Assembly (NCBI RefSeq): GCF_001194135.2
Contig: NC_068995.1
Coordinates: 51,160,159 to 51,223,474, forward strand
Length of the DNA stretch: 63,316 nt
Source: Octopus bimaculoides
Taxonomy: Eukaryota
Direction: 5' to 3'
Positions 39,913 to 51,889 of this stretch are shown in pieces. The stretch's first letter is position 1; every line of letters starts with the position of its first letter. The notes beneath the pieces were generated by a model. That model did not search any database and was not told the DNA's origin. It worked only from the letters and a program-made list of their open reading frames with translations. The position numbers and the translations under genes are program-made.

Positions 39913-40284
39913 GTTGAGGATGTGTGTGTGTGTGATGGGGAAGCGTGGTAAGGAGGCTTGCTACAAACCCAGCAGAACGGAAACAAAATGAGTTAAAAGA
40001 ATGGATGAGTCCAGTATAAGGTCAATTGCTATCTAGAAATAGTGTGTGAGGACATAGAAATAAAGCAACATGGTGAACAAGCCCATTGTAAGACCAATGT
40101 AGGAGTAATAGAGTTCGAGTCCTTGTTAGAACGCCTCTCTGATGTAAAACCAGAGGTTCTCCAGTTCCTGATCCTCCTGACCAATGTTGGAGTTCCTTGA
40201 ACAAAGTTATTTTATATGAAAAATGAATGCGGTTCAATGCAAACTTTGCTCACAAGAATCAATTTCTGCTTAAGAACTTTTTAG

Positions 40285-40540
40285 GACTGGCTCCTGTGCA
40301 GGTGGCACGTAAAATAAACCATTTTGAGCGTGGCCGTTGCCAGTACCACCTGACTGGCTTACGTGCCGGTGGCACGTAAAAGCACCCTCTACACTCCCGG
40401 AGTGGTTGGCGTTAGGAAGGGCATCAAGCTGTAGAAACTCTGCCAGATCAGATTGGAGCCTGGTGTAGCCATCTGGTTTGCCAGTCCTCAGTCAAATCGT
40501 CCAACCGATGCTAGCATGGAAGGCGGTCATTAAATGATGA
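40285..40540 (+). mobile_element. RTE 3' UTR copy with two 66-bp-type units; tail abuts (TA)n
   Basis: Shared UTR sequence; retains many CpGs, so probably young. Confidence 0.85.
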
Positions 40541-40713
40541 TATATATATATGTTTGTGTGTCTGTGTTTGTCTCCCAACATCGCTTGACAACCGATGCTG
40601 GTGTGTTTATGTCCCTGGAACTTAGCGGTTCGGCAAAAGAGACCGATAAAATAAGTACTAGGCTTACAAAAAATAAGTCCTGGGGTCGATTTGTTCGACT
40701 AAAGGCGGTGCTC
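40541..40713 (+). mobile_element. SINE family A 3' half, interrupted by a gap
   Basis: CATCGCTTGACAACCGATG...CTTAGCGGTTCGGCAAAAGAGACCGATAAAATAAGTAC...CTGGGGTCGATTTG. Confidence 0.85.
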
Positions 40714-40843
40714 NNNNNNNNNNNNNNNNNNNNNNNNNNNNNNNNNNNNNNNNNNNNNNNNNNNNNNNNNNNNNNNNNNNNNNNNNNNNNNNNNNNNNNN
40801 NNNNNNNNNNNNNNNNNNNNNNNNNNNNNNNNNNNNNNNNNNN

Positions 40844-40908
<65 letters not shown>

Positions 40909-41039
40909 ATGATGTATATGTGTGTCTGTAACATGGCTCTTAGTTCAATTCTACTGCATGGTACCTTGAACAAATACCTTCTGTCATAGCCTCAGGTTAA
41001 CAAATATCTTCTGAGTAGAATTGTGTCGATCAGAACTTT

Positions 41040-41190
41040 TCCGAGCTCAAATTCTACCGAGATTGACTTAGCCTTTCATCTTTTTGGGGGTCAACAAAAT
41101 AAGCATCAGTTGAACACTGGGGGTCGATGTAATTGATTTAGCTCCTCTTTTGAAGTTGCTCCTCCTGTGCCAGAATACTAAACTAATATA
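41040..41190 (+). mobile_element. SINE family B fragment
   Basis: GAGCTCAAATTCT...GCCTTTCATC...GGGGTCAACAAAATAAG...CTGGGGGTCGATGTAATTGA. Confidence 0.65.
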
Positions 41191-41199
41191 GATAGTGAT

Positions 41200-41530
41200 G
41201 GTGGTAACATATTTTCTGGTGGTGGTGGTGATGATAATGTGGGTGGTGGGGATAAATGATGTTGGTTGTAGTAATGAAGTTTGTGATAGTGGAAGTGATA
41301 TTGATGTTAGGTAATAAGCATGTATGTGGTGGTGGTGAGAGTAATGATATTGGTGGTGTTGGCGGTAATAATGGTGTTTATGGTCTTGATAGTGGTGAGA
41401 AGGTTGTGTAATGGTGCTGGTGGTGTTTATGTTGTTGATAATGGTAGTGGCGTTGTAATAATGGCAATTATACAAGTGGCTGTCTTTGGCAGTGAAGATG
41501 GCTATGTTTGTTGTTGTGATGATGTAGGAT
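41200..41530. repeat. Low-complexity GGT/GAT/GTA trinucleotide tract
   Basis: Read directly; source of spurious His/Thr- and Val-rich ORFs. Confidence 0.85.
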
Positions 41531-42384
41531 GATTCTGTGCAAATACCAGGATTCTCTTTTAAAAAAAAATTATATCTTATACCATTCTATTTAATGACTA
41601 ACGTCTGTATTTCTACCCCCGCCCCACTACCACCACCACCACCAGTACCAACACTATCAATACCACCCTCATCATTACTTCAACAGACAAACTGGTTTGC
41701 TTGCAATGTCCGCCATTATGGAATCTGTGGAATTTACTTGTCTTGCTCAGGAAACTTGTCTTTTAATCAGTTCAATCATGCTTGCTTCCTTGTTCGTTGA
41801 GATTTGATTTAAACAAACCCAACCTACCCCCACCGGCACCCTCACGCCTCCCCTCCTACCCCTGCCACTGCTATTGACAGTGCACCACCCTTTGTTCTGT
41901 TTTCTCGAAATGGAAGCACATGGGGACGAATATGTAGATGCATTCGCTACACACAGCGGGTAAATATAGGCATTCATGTACATACACAAATATATGTATA
42001 CATCCGCATACATGTATTATATATACAGACGCATATAGATACATGTACTCATGCAAACACACACACACACACTACTGTCACAATTTGTAATAGTATGAAA
42101 TGCTTATTTAAATGGCGAAATCGTTAAGCTTTTAGTGTAGATTTTTCTTAAACATCCTGTTGTAATGCTTTGATGTTTCTCAAGAGATTTACGTCATTGT
42201 ATTGTATTGTAAACCTCTCGGTTACTTCTGTTGTGTGGCTCATGGCTAGTGATGTTGTGAAACTCTTGGTTGGTGGTGCTGTGATGTTTTTCAAAAGATT
42301 TCCTTACTGTTGTGGTATGATGAGCATCTTGATTAGTTTCATTGTGGGGAACATCTTGATTGGTTTTGTTGTGAAGGAGCACTC

Positions 42385-42590
42385 CGTCAGTTACGACGAC
42401 GCGGGTCCCAGCTGATACGATCAACGGAACAGCTTGCTCATGAAATTAACATTCAAGTGGCTGAGCACTCCACAGACACGTGTACCCTTAACGTAGTTCT
42501 CAGGAAGATTCAGCGTGACACAGAGTGTGACAAAGCCGGCCCTTTGAAATACAGGTACAACTCATTTTTGCCAGCTGAGTGAACTGGAGC
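42385..42590 (-). mobile_element. Fragment of a third SINE-like interspersed repeat
   Basis: CAAGTGGCTGAGCACTCCACAGACACGTGTACCCTTAACGTAGTTCTC...TTTTGCCAGCTGAGTGAACTGGAGC; CpG-rich; recognised from memory only. Confidence 0.45.
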
Positions 42591-42599
42591 AGCCCAATG

Positions 42600-43500
42600 G
42601 GCAATAAACTATGCTTAAGAAGACCTGTTGAGTCAAATGAAATCATTGTTGAATGACCGTTGAATAAACTATGCTTGAGAAGACCTGTTGAGTCAAATGA
42701 AATCATTGTTGAATGACCGTNNNNNNNNNNNNNNNNNNNNNNNNNNNNNNNNNNNNNNNNNNNNNNNNNNNNNNNNNNNNNNNNNNNNNNNNNNNNNNNN
42801 NNNNNNNNNNNNNNNNNNNNNNNNNNNNNNNNNNNNNNNNNNNNNNNNNNNNNNNNNNNNNNNNNNNNNNNNNNNNNNNNNNNNNNNNNNNNNNNNNNNN
42901 NNNNNNNNNNNNNNNNNNNNNNNNNNNNNNNNNNNNNNNNNNNNNNNNNNNNNNNNNNNNNNNNNNNNNNNNNNNNNNNNNNNNNNNNNNNNNNNNNNNN
43001 NNNNNNNNNNNNNNNNNNNNNNNNNNNNNNNNNNNNNNNNNNNNNNNNNNNNNNNNNNNNNNNNNNNNNNNNNNNNNNNNNNNNNNNNNNNNNNNNNNNN
43101 NNNNNNNNNNNNNNNNNNNNNNNNNNNNNNNNNNNNNNNNNNNNNNNNNNNNNNNNNNNNNNNNNNNNNNNNNNNNNNNNNNNNNNNNNNNNNNNNNNNN
43201 NNNNNNNNNNNNNNNNNNNNNNNNNNNNNNNNNNNNNNNNNNNNNNNNNNNNNNNNNNNNNNNNNNNNNNNNNNNNNNNNNNNNNNNNNNNNNNNNNNNN
43301 NNNNNNNNNNNNNNNNNNNNNNNNNNNNNNNNNNNNNNNNNNNNNNNNNNNNNNNNNNNNNNNNNNNNNNNNNNNNNNNNNNNNNNNNNNNNNNNNNNNC
43401 TTGAGAAGACCTGTTGAGTCAAATGAAATCATTGTTGAATGACCGTTGAATAAACTATGCTTGAGAAGACCTGTTGAGTCAAGTGAAGTCATTGTTGTGG
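42600..43500. repeat. 60-bp minisatellite spanning an assembly gap
   Basis: TGAATAAACTATGCTTGAGAAGACCTGTTGAGTCAAATGAAATCATTGTTGAATGACCGT; two copies left of the gap and about 1.7 right of it. Confidence 0.9.
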
Positions 43501-43875
43501 CCGATGCCAGTACCGCATGACTGGCTCCTGTGCCAGTAACACATAAAAAGCACTATTCAAGCATGGTTGATGCCAGTGCCGCCTGACTGGCTCCTGTGCT
43601 GGTGGCACATAAAAAGCACCATTCGAGTGTGGTCGTTGCCAGTGCTGCCTGACTGGCTCCCATGTTGGTGGCATGTAAAAAGCACCATTTGAGCATGGTC
43701 GATGTCAGTACCGCCCGACTGGTCCTCATGCCAGTGGCACTTAAAAAGCACCCACTACACTCTTGGAGTGGTTGGCATTAGGAAGGGCATCCAGCTGTAG
43801 AAACCTTGCCAGTCCTCAGTCAAACTGTCCAACCCATGCTAGCATGGAAAGCAGACGTTAAACGACGATGATGAT
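43500..43875 (+). mobile_element. RTE 3' UTR with four 66-bp units; tail next to (TA)n
   Basis: Units start at 43506, 43572, 43638 and 43704; ends GACGTTAAACGACGATGATGAT. Confidence 0.85.
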
Positions 43876-45695
43876 TCTATATATATATATAGAGAGAGGG
43901 AGAGTGGGGGGGGGGAATTTTGAAGAAGGTTGAAGCAAGCCGGGTATAGGCGGTCATCAAGTAGTGCTCACATAAATCTGAAACTTAAATTACGACTCTT
44001 TTGTCCTGGGTAGGTAGTGCTGTTGTGGGTGGTTGGCTATAAAAACGATTTTCATTGAGCAGGAAGTAAAAATGTCATAAACAAATTTAGGTTTGAGGAG
44101 TGTATTTACATGCAAGGTTGTGAATAAAAATTAACAAAAGGAATGATGTAATAGTCTTATCTTTACTCACCCATACAAACACTCATACACACACACGCAC
44201 GCACACACATACATACATACACACATACACGTGTGTATGTTAAAGAGCTTTTGTGTTTAAACACGAACACTGCATCTGTTAAAAGGTATCTAGCCAGATG
44301 CCAAAATATAGAAGTTACAAATCTTTGTTAACAATGTATCTTGGAGTGAATTCAGCTATAAATAATAGCTTTATAAGAACCCTTTGGATAGAAAAGAAGG
44401 CGGGAAGCTGCCTGTGGAACTTGAACCAAATTTGCTCCAAGATTCTTTTCACATATTTCTTGATTCTTCTCCTTAATAGAAGATACAATTTCTTTTCAAG
44501 ACCTTCTCATAGAAAACATCTCTTAGTTGCATGTTCAAAAACAAACTGTTATTGTTTGTTCTTTGGACAGCCCTGGGATGCATTACAATCAAATGCCTTC
44601 CATTGATGACCATTCCATTTACCCTTTTTCCGAATTAAAGTGCGTAGAGGACTACATTCAATCCAATTTGATCTTCTTAAGACGGTCAGGTGGAATTTTT
44701 ACTGCTGTCTCTATTGAGTTGAGCACCATTTATAGAGGTTCCTATGGTTTACTTTATATAAAAAAAAACTCTCATTTATGGGGGGCCTTGTACGTGGTCT
44801 CTTGACTTACTAGAAGTGGCAGTTAAACCTCCTTCAACTCGCACTTAATCATCTTTAAAAAAAGGAAGGACACGCATTACATGATAATGTAGTCTTAAGA
44901 AAACCCCTTACCCCAAAAATGTTGGGATGGGCATAGCTTGTAATGCCTTTGTTTATAGTCTGCACACACCAGGGTTTACCTGGAACTAAATAATAGTAGC
45001 TTAGTCGATTATTCTATTTAATAATGATTTAGTTGAATCTGAGAGACACTTCCGTTCTAGCTCGGTTCCCTTCCCTGACACCTACTCATGTTGTTACCTT
45101 GTGGACTGCACGTACTGCATAAAATCTCCTTTCTTGTATATAAAATCAATAGAGACAAGATATTTGATGAGGTGAAATATATCATTCCTGTCCCTCCCCC
45201 AATCATTCTTTTGCAGTGATTCATTCCTTGATATGTTTGTCATCATCTCACTCTTGGTGTCATAAGTGACATAACTCCTTTCCCTTTGCCCGCTTTGCCC
45301 CCTTTTGCCTTTTTAACCCATTTCTGATCCCAGCCCAGTAACGTCTTCAAGTTGGATGTCTTCAAAACATTTTTTGCTTTTTCACAGAATTAATGTATTT
45401 ATTTATCAATTTAACAATTTGCCGATATGTTTAGGTTATTTTTCTGTACCCTCAGTTAATTATTGTTGTTATTGTAGTTCTGCTCTGGATCGGTCTTTGT
45501 TTAGCAAACTTATGATCAAAGGCTTTCCAGCCATGACCATCCTGTCTTGTGGTTTTAGATACAGTACAGAGTGTTTCAAAGTGGGTTCAATGAAAATAAA
45601 TTCGAGGGTTCAGCAACATAAGATGTCTTTGAATGAAATTTAGTAATTTATTGTATTAAACAAAGGCTGTTCACCACTTTCAGAATAAATGAGGT

Positions 45696-46020
45696 ACAGG
45701 CCTGGTTGTATGGTTAAGAAGTTTGTTTCTCAACCATGTGGTTTTGGGTTCAGTTCAACCATGTGGTTTTGGGTTCAGTTCCACCATGTGGCACCTTGGA
45801 CAAGTGTTTTTTTTTTGCTGTTGCCCCGGGCTAACGAAAGCCTTGTGAGCAGATTTTGTGGATAGAAACTGAAAAGCTCATCATATATCTTTGTGTGTGT
45901 GGATGTTGCAGTTTCTTTCTACAGAATCCGATCACAAGGCTTTAATTGGCTTAGGGCTGTAGAAGAAGACACTTGCCTAAGCTGTTGTGCAGTGGGATTG
46001 AACCTGAGACCACATAGTTG
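45696..46020. mobile_element. Two SINE family A 5' halves in tail-to-tail inverted orientation
   Basis: Plus copy 45696-45890 has a duplication of about 24 bp; minus copy about 45915-46020. Confidence 0.7.
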
Positions 46021-46176
46021 AATATTCAGTTGTTCAGTCAACTGGACTACTTTCACATTGAAAGGCAGGTACAATACCTCAGGTAATGTGGTTCCATATA
46101 AGGTTCTGTCTCCCTAGTTTTACTCACACATCTAAGGTTGACCTAAGGCCATGATAAAAAATACCAGGACAGCATG

Positions 46177-47101
46177 TTCGAAGGGTGTTCATTAAAGATT
46201 TCCCCTGACCCACTACTGGTTTATTGCAGGAAACAGAACTTGTGCAGGTATAATCACACATGTCCGTACGTGTCATTTTGTAAATTGCAGCTTTCTTCTG
46301 TATTCGTTTGTCTTTTATGGCTGCTGAAGTGGACTAAGCTGTTATAATGGAGGCAGTTGAATGCAGATCAGTGAACAGGTTCTTATACTTGAAAGGTCAT
46401 ACACCAAAAGAGACTTTCGATGAGATGAAAGAAGTTTGTGGTGACAATGCACCATCATATGATATAATCAAACACTGGCATCGCCAGTTCAAATGGGGCT
46501 GGACATTGGTGGAAACTGTTCCTATTCCCGTATGATCACATTCCACCATTGATGAGGATGCCATCCATAAAGTGGAAGCTGCCATTTTGGAGGATAACCA
46601 CAAAACTATTCGGCAACTAGCCCAAGAAGTGAAGATAAGTGTAGGGTCCGTGGAAAAAATCATTTATGACCATTTGCAAATGTGGAAGTTGTCTGCATGA
46701 TGGATTCCCCAGATGCTCACACCTTTTCGGAAGCAGGAATGAGTCACTTGCTCCCAGGTTCATTTGGCAGTGTGCCAAGAAAACGAGGAGGACTTTATTG
46801 GCAGAATTATCACACAGGATGAAACATGGGTCCATTGCTATGATCCTGAGATTAAAGTCCAGTCGAGGCAATAGAAGCATGATAACTCACCACCTCCAAA
46901 GAAGGCTCATGTCCAACCCTCAGCAGGCAAGGTGATGCTCAAAAACTTTTGGGACTAGAATGGAGTAGGGACGATGGATTTTTTGGCAAAGGACACCACA
47001 ATTAATGGGGCATATTATGCTTCTCTGCTGCAGAAATTGTGGGATGCTATCAAAACATGACCAAAGGAGTTCACCTCCTCCAAGACAATGCCCCAGTTCA
47101 C
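46177..47101 (+). pseudogene. Mariner (Tc1/mariner) transposon relic, 3'-truncated
   Basis: One frame from ATG 46347 across several stops: YLKGHTPKETFDEMKEVCGDNAPSYDIIKHWHRQFK...*WIPQMLT...ITQDETWVHCYDPE...PSAGKVM...INGAYYASLL, then frameshift to LLQDNAPVH. The third catalytic Asp and right TIR are absent; TIR-like start near 46177. Confidence 0.9.
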
Positions 47102-47792
47102 CCTGTGTGATATTTGTTCCCTCTGAATTCCACAGACAATCCCCTTGTCAGTTTTGGCTAGTTAGAAAGAAATGCAGTGAGCCTTCTGATTGGCCTGTTG
47201 GTAACCGGTAACCAATGGCAACAGATTCACCACTTCCATATCTATTTGTTAGCATTGTTCCAATCCACGCATATTTATTCACACAAACATGTAACATAAT
47301 GCATAAACTCTAGCTGTTGCTTATCTCTTCTCTGCCACCACCACCACCACCACCACAGCATAGCCCACCTCTCCTTCTCACATATGACTAATTCAACAAC
47401 AACAATAACGAGGTCTTTCATGTTTTTGTTATGCATTATTTTTATGATGTTTTGGTATTGTAATATTCTATTCTGTTCTGTTCTGTGATGCTATTATCAT
47501 CAATTAAATATTAATTTTTTTTTCTTCTGGATATGTTTATATATATATATTTTTTTTGAAATGCATTTTATTGCATTTTTATAGAAATGTATTTTNNNNN
47601 NNNNNNNNNNNNNNNNNNNNNNNNNNNNNNNNNNNNNNNNNNNNNNNNNNNNNNNNNNNNNNNNNNNNNNNNNNNNNNNNNNNNNNNNNNNNNNNNNNNN
47701 NNNNNNNNNNNNNNNNNNNNNNNNNNNNNNNNNNNNNNNNNNNNNNNNNNNNNNNNNNNNNNNNNNNNNNNNNNNNNNNNNNNNNNNNNNNN

Positions 47793-47938
47793 NGCAACTG
47801 GTACTTAATTTATTGACTCCTGTAAAGATGAAAAGTAAAATCAACCTTGGTGGAATTTGAACTCAGTACATAAAGACAAATAAAATGTTGCTACGCATTT
47901 CGCCCGACGTGCTAATGTTTGTGCCAGCTCACCGCCTT
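47793..47938 (-). mobile_element. SINE family B 5' part
   Basis: Reverse complement matches 30709-30850. Confidence 0.75.
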
Positions 47939-48094
47939 GGCACCGATATAATATTCTTTCTACGCTAGGCACAGGGTAGGGGAAATGAAGTGCTTGTGAA
48001 GTACTGGGGTGAGGGTGGGGGTGGCCAGTGGTATCGACTAAGCAGCTTCCTTCAAAATTGTTAGCCTTGTGCCTAAATTGCTGCATCTTTTATC

Positions 48095-48460
48095 TTCTCT
48101 TTGTTTCAGGCATTAGACTGCGGCCATGCTGGGGCACCACATTGGAGAATTTTTAATCAAATGAATCAACCCCAGCACTTATAGTTTTTTGTAAGCGTGG
48201 TAATTATTCTATTGGTCTCTTTTGCCAAATCGCTAAGTTACGGGGACATAAACACACCGACAGTGGTTGTCGAGCAGTGACAGCGCGGACAAAAACACAC
48301 CGACAGTGGTTGTCAAGCAGTGACAGCAGGGGCAAACACAAACATACACACACACACAATGGGCTTCTTTCAGTTTCCATCTACCAAATCCACTCGTAAG
48401 ATGATGGTAGAGTTGAGGCTTTAGTAGAAGACACCTGCCCAAGGTGCCATGCAGTGGAAG
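48095..48460 (-). mobile_element. SINE family A, near full length, with internal duplication of about 40 bp
   Basis: AAACACACCGACAGTGGTTGTC(G/A)AGCAGTGACAGC occurs twice. Confidence 0.8.
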
Positions 48461-48489
48461 TGAACAAGTTGAAGTAGTAGAGTGGCACC

Positions 48490-48725
48490 AGCACCATTGC
48501 TTTTTATGGTGCCTCATAAAAAGCACTGGTGATGGTGCCACGTAAGACTCACCCAGTAAACTGTGTAAAGTGGTTGGTGCTAGGAAGGGCATCCAGCTGT
48601 AGAAACCAAGCCAAAACAGACTATGGAATCTGGTGTGGCCCCTGGCCTTGTCAGTTCCTATCAAGCAGTCCAACCCATGCCAGCATGGAAAATGGATATT
48701 AACTGGGGATATTGATGATGATGAT
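48490..48725 (+). mobile_element. RTE-related 3' UTR copy
   Basis: GTGGTTGGTGCTAGGAAGGGCATCCAGCTGTAGAAA...CCAACCCATGCCAGCATGGAAA...(GAT)n. Confidence 0.8.
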
Positions 48726-49691
48726 GTAGACTGCATTCTGATTTCAAATCCTGGCAGGGTTGAGAAACCGTTAGGCATGTCCTGGGGTTAATTCATTTTT
48801 GACTATCCCCTGCTCTCCTCCCTTTGTATCTCTCTCAAAAGTTTTTGGCCATGTTCCAATGTTAAAAATTCATTATTGCCATTATTGATTTCTTTGTTTA
48901 TATTTAATTTTTTTTTTTTAATCATAGAAACCAACAGCTCAGATTTATAAGGAGAGGGCATGGTGAGACAGTGACATTCATGCTGATGTATGTGAAGTAA
49001 AGTATGTTATGTATCGATGGTGGTGGTGGTGGTGGTATTGGCAGTTATGTTCATGTTGGGCTTGAATGAATAATAATTCAATATGAGTTTTAACAATGCT
49101 TAAAAACAAAATTCTCTTTTGTCCTTTTATTTAATTAAATTTCTTCTCTATTACATGGCTATATAGGAAAAAAAACTAAATTTATGATTATGGAAGATTT
49201 TAAATGACGTTTTTATTGATTCCTGCCATTTTTTGTATTTGTTTTTATGTTTCTTTTTTTTCTTCTCTCCTTAAATAAAATTATTAACCAAATGACCTAA
49301 TAACACAGATTAAACTGTAAGTACATAGAAATTGCTTTCAAATTTTGAAATAAGGCCATCAATTTTCAAGGAAGGAGTCAAGTCGATTACACCAGCCCCA
49401 GTACGCAAACCCTGCCAAAAAAAAACACAGTAGTCTGGGGTAATTTTCTACCTGCCCAGTTCCTGTCAACCATGTATGCATAGAAGACTGACTTTAAACA
49501 ATGATGATACACACACACACACACACAGTTGAAATTTACAAAAAAAAAAACAAACAAACAAAACAAAAGACGAAGACAGGTGTGTAAACAACAAACAGAT
49601 GTATTAGTTTAACGCTTGGGAAGTGAGAAAGTCTTTTACGTTTCGAGCCTATGCTCTTCGACAGAAAGGAACACAGAAATAAACAGGGAGA

Positions 49692-49764
<73 letters not shown>

Positions 49765-50349
49765 CATAGATCCACACAAACATATGACATCTCTTTCTTC
49801 TGCCTGACAATTCTCAATTCCAATGTTGGCCATTAGTGCCAAATTTTAGCTACAGTACCAAGATTTATTATGGCATCAAAGTTTTGATTTATATTTCGTT
49901 ATTAAAATTGGTTCCATAATAAATTGCCTGTGTAGAAAATCATAACATTGTCAACTAATGTGTCTCTGTGTAGTTATTTTTTTTTTTTGCCGAGAGAGAG
50001 GAGGTAACTTATTGCTATCATGCGTTTTAAGGTGGTGAGATAGGGCAGTTCTTCACATAACTAATGTTATTCATTCATTGATGACTTTTTTGTTTACAAT
50101 TAATTTTTGCATTATTACATTGACGACTTGGACTCACTAAAGTCGTGTATGTGTGTATGCGCACACATCCATGTGTGTGTATGTGTGCACGAAGATGCAT
50201 GTGTGTGTGTGTATTTCATGGACAGTTGTGTCTTTGAATATATGTATCGTATCGTGTGAATTTTAAGCCACAGGAAATAAATCAAAACTATAGAAACAGA
50301 ATGACAAATAAATGCTTCTTTATTCAATCAATATTTACCTTTTACAAGA

Positions 50350-50690
50350 TAGGTGCAGGCATAGCTATGTGGTTAAGCTTACTGTTGGACCATATAGACT
50401 TGGGTTAAGTCTTGCTGCATGAGAAAATACTTGAGAAAGTATCTTCTGCTGTAGCTCCAGGTTAACGAAAGTGGATTTGGCTGATGAAACTGGAAGAAGC
50501 CTGTTGTGTATATGTGTGTATGTATTTGTGTTACCCTTGACCCCAGTACTCAACTGGTACTTATTTTGCTGACCACCAAAAGGACAAAAGGCACAGTAGA
50601 CCTTGGCAGAAATTGAACTCAGAAAGTAAAGAACCAGAAGCAATCCTGCTAATCATTTTCTCCAGCACACTAACGATTCAGCTGGATTCT
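50350..50690. mobile_element. Degenerate SINE A head (+) joined to a SINE B fragment (-)
   Basis: Shared motifs with 31855 and 30709. Confidence 0.55.
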
Positions 50691-50891
50691 TACTAAAGTA
50701 ATGTAATCAAATATGCATAGAAAATACACTCAAACATATGACTGCTATTTCTAGTGGATCAAGCGATCATATCAAGCTCCCTCATCTGCTTAAGAGATGG
50801 TGTGCTGCTGTCTACTTTTTTTTCTTATAGCATCTTTAGTTTGATTCTATATTTATTTAATTGTTTTTTCTTTTTCTTTTCTAATTCCCAG

Positions 50892-51017
50892 TTCTGGCTG
50901 TTCTAAAAAGGCTATCAAAAGAGCTTACCATTTGCTGTGTCAGCAATGTGCTGAAAACAGACAAATATGTCCAAAATGTGCTAAAAACCATGTTGCGACG
51001 GAGACAAACGATGAAGC
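50892..51017 (+). CDS. C9orf85: C9orf85 second coding exon (126 nt, phase 2-2); not shown in the ORF track
   Basis: Polypyrimidine tract plus CTAAT then CCCAG|T. TG+T gives Cys, then SGCSKKAIKRAYHLLCQQCAENRQICPKCAKNHVATETNDE, completing four CxxC pairs. Ends GAA GC|GTAAGT, or reads through to TAA at 51019-51021. Confidence 0.92.
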
Positions 51018-51053
51018 GTAAGTATAGAATTATTTTTACATTTCTACATTTAA

Positions 51054-51535
51054 GATATTTTAGCCTATACTTTCAATATTTGAGCCTATAGTTTCGATAT
51101 TTGAGTCCATTGTTTGGTTTTTTAGCCTATACTTTAGATATTTCAGCCTATAGTTTCGATATTTTAGCCTATAGATTAGATATTTTATTCTATATTTCAG
51201 ATATTGAGCCTATAGTTTGGATACTGAATGAATAGTTTAGATATTTAGCAATACTTTAGATATGTTAGCCTATAGTTTCGATATTTGACCCTATAATTTA
51301 GTTATTTTAGCCTATATTTTCGACATTTCAGCCTATAGGTTAGTTATTGTAGCCTATGCATTAGATATTCTAGCCTATACTCCCGATATTTTAGTCTATT
51401 GTCCCCATATTTTAGCCTGTGTTTTAGTTATTTTTGCCTATACCTTAGATATTTGAAGCCTATAGTTTACCCATTTTAATCTATATTTATATTTTAGCCT
51501 ATACTTTCGATATTTCAGCCTATACTCTAGATATT
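51054..51535. repeat. Degenerate minisatellite, 20-21-bp unit x about 23
   Basis: Consensus GATATTTTAGCCTATA(C/G)TTT(C/A); starts 36 bp after the C9orf85 exon-2 donor. Confidence 0.9.
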
Positions 51536-51635
51536 CCAGGAATTAGTCCCCTCCTCCCCTTTCTCGGAACTTTCCAGGAATTAATCCTCCTCCTTCTCTT
51601 CCTTGGAACATCCCAGGATGTAGTTAATTCCTCTC

Positions 51636-51858
51636 GTCATATATATATATATATATATATGTCTGTGTGTGTATATGTTTGTGTGTCTGTGTTTGTCCCT
51701 CCAGCATCACTTGACAACCAATGCCGGTGTGTTTACATCCCCGTAACTTAGCGGTTCAGCAAAAGAGACCGATAAAATGAGTACTAATCTTACAAAGAAT
51801 GCAGTGCTCCAGTATGGCCACAGTCAAATGACTGAAACGAGTAAAAGAGTAAAAGAAT
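51636..51858 (+). mobile_element. SINE family A (TA)n plus 3' half
   Basis: Ends GTCAAATGACTGAAACGAGTAAAAGAGTAAAAGA. Confidence 0.8.
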
Positions 51859-51889
51859 ATATACAAGAGCCACAATTCTTGTTTAGATT

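Noticed and set aside
549-50891. Near-equal first-intron lengths (24,946 and 24,019 bp) as a designed symmetry
   Set aside because: The introns share no sequence symmetry beyond common repeats and include gaps of estimated size; most likely coincidence.
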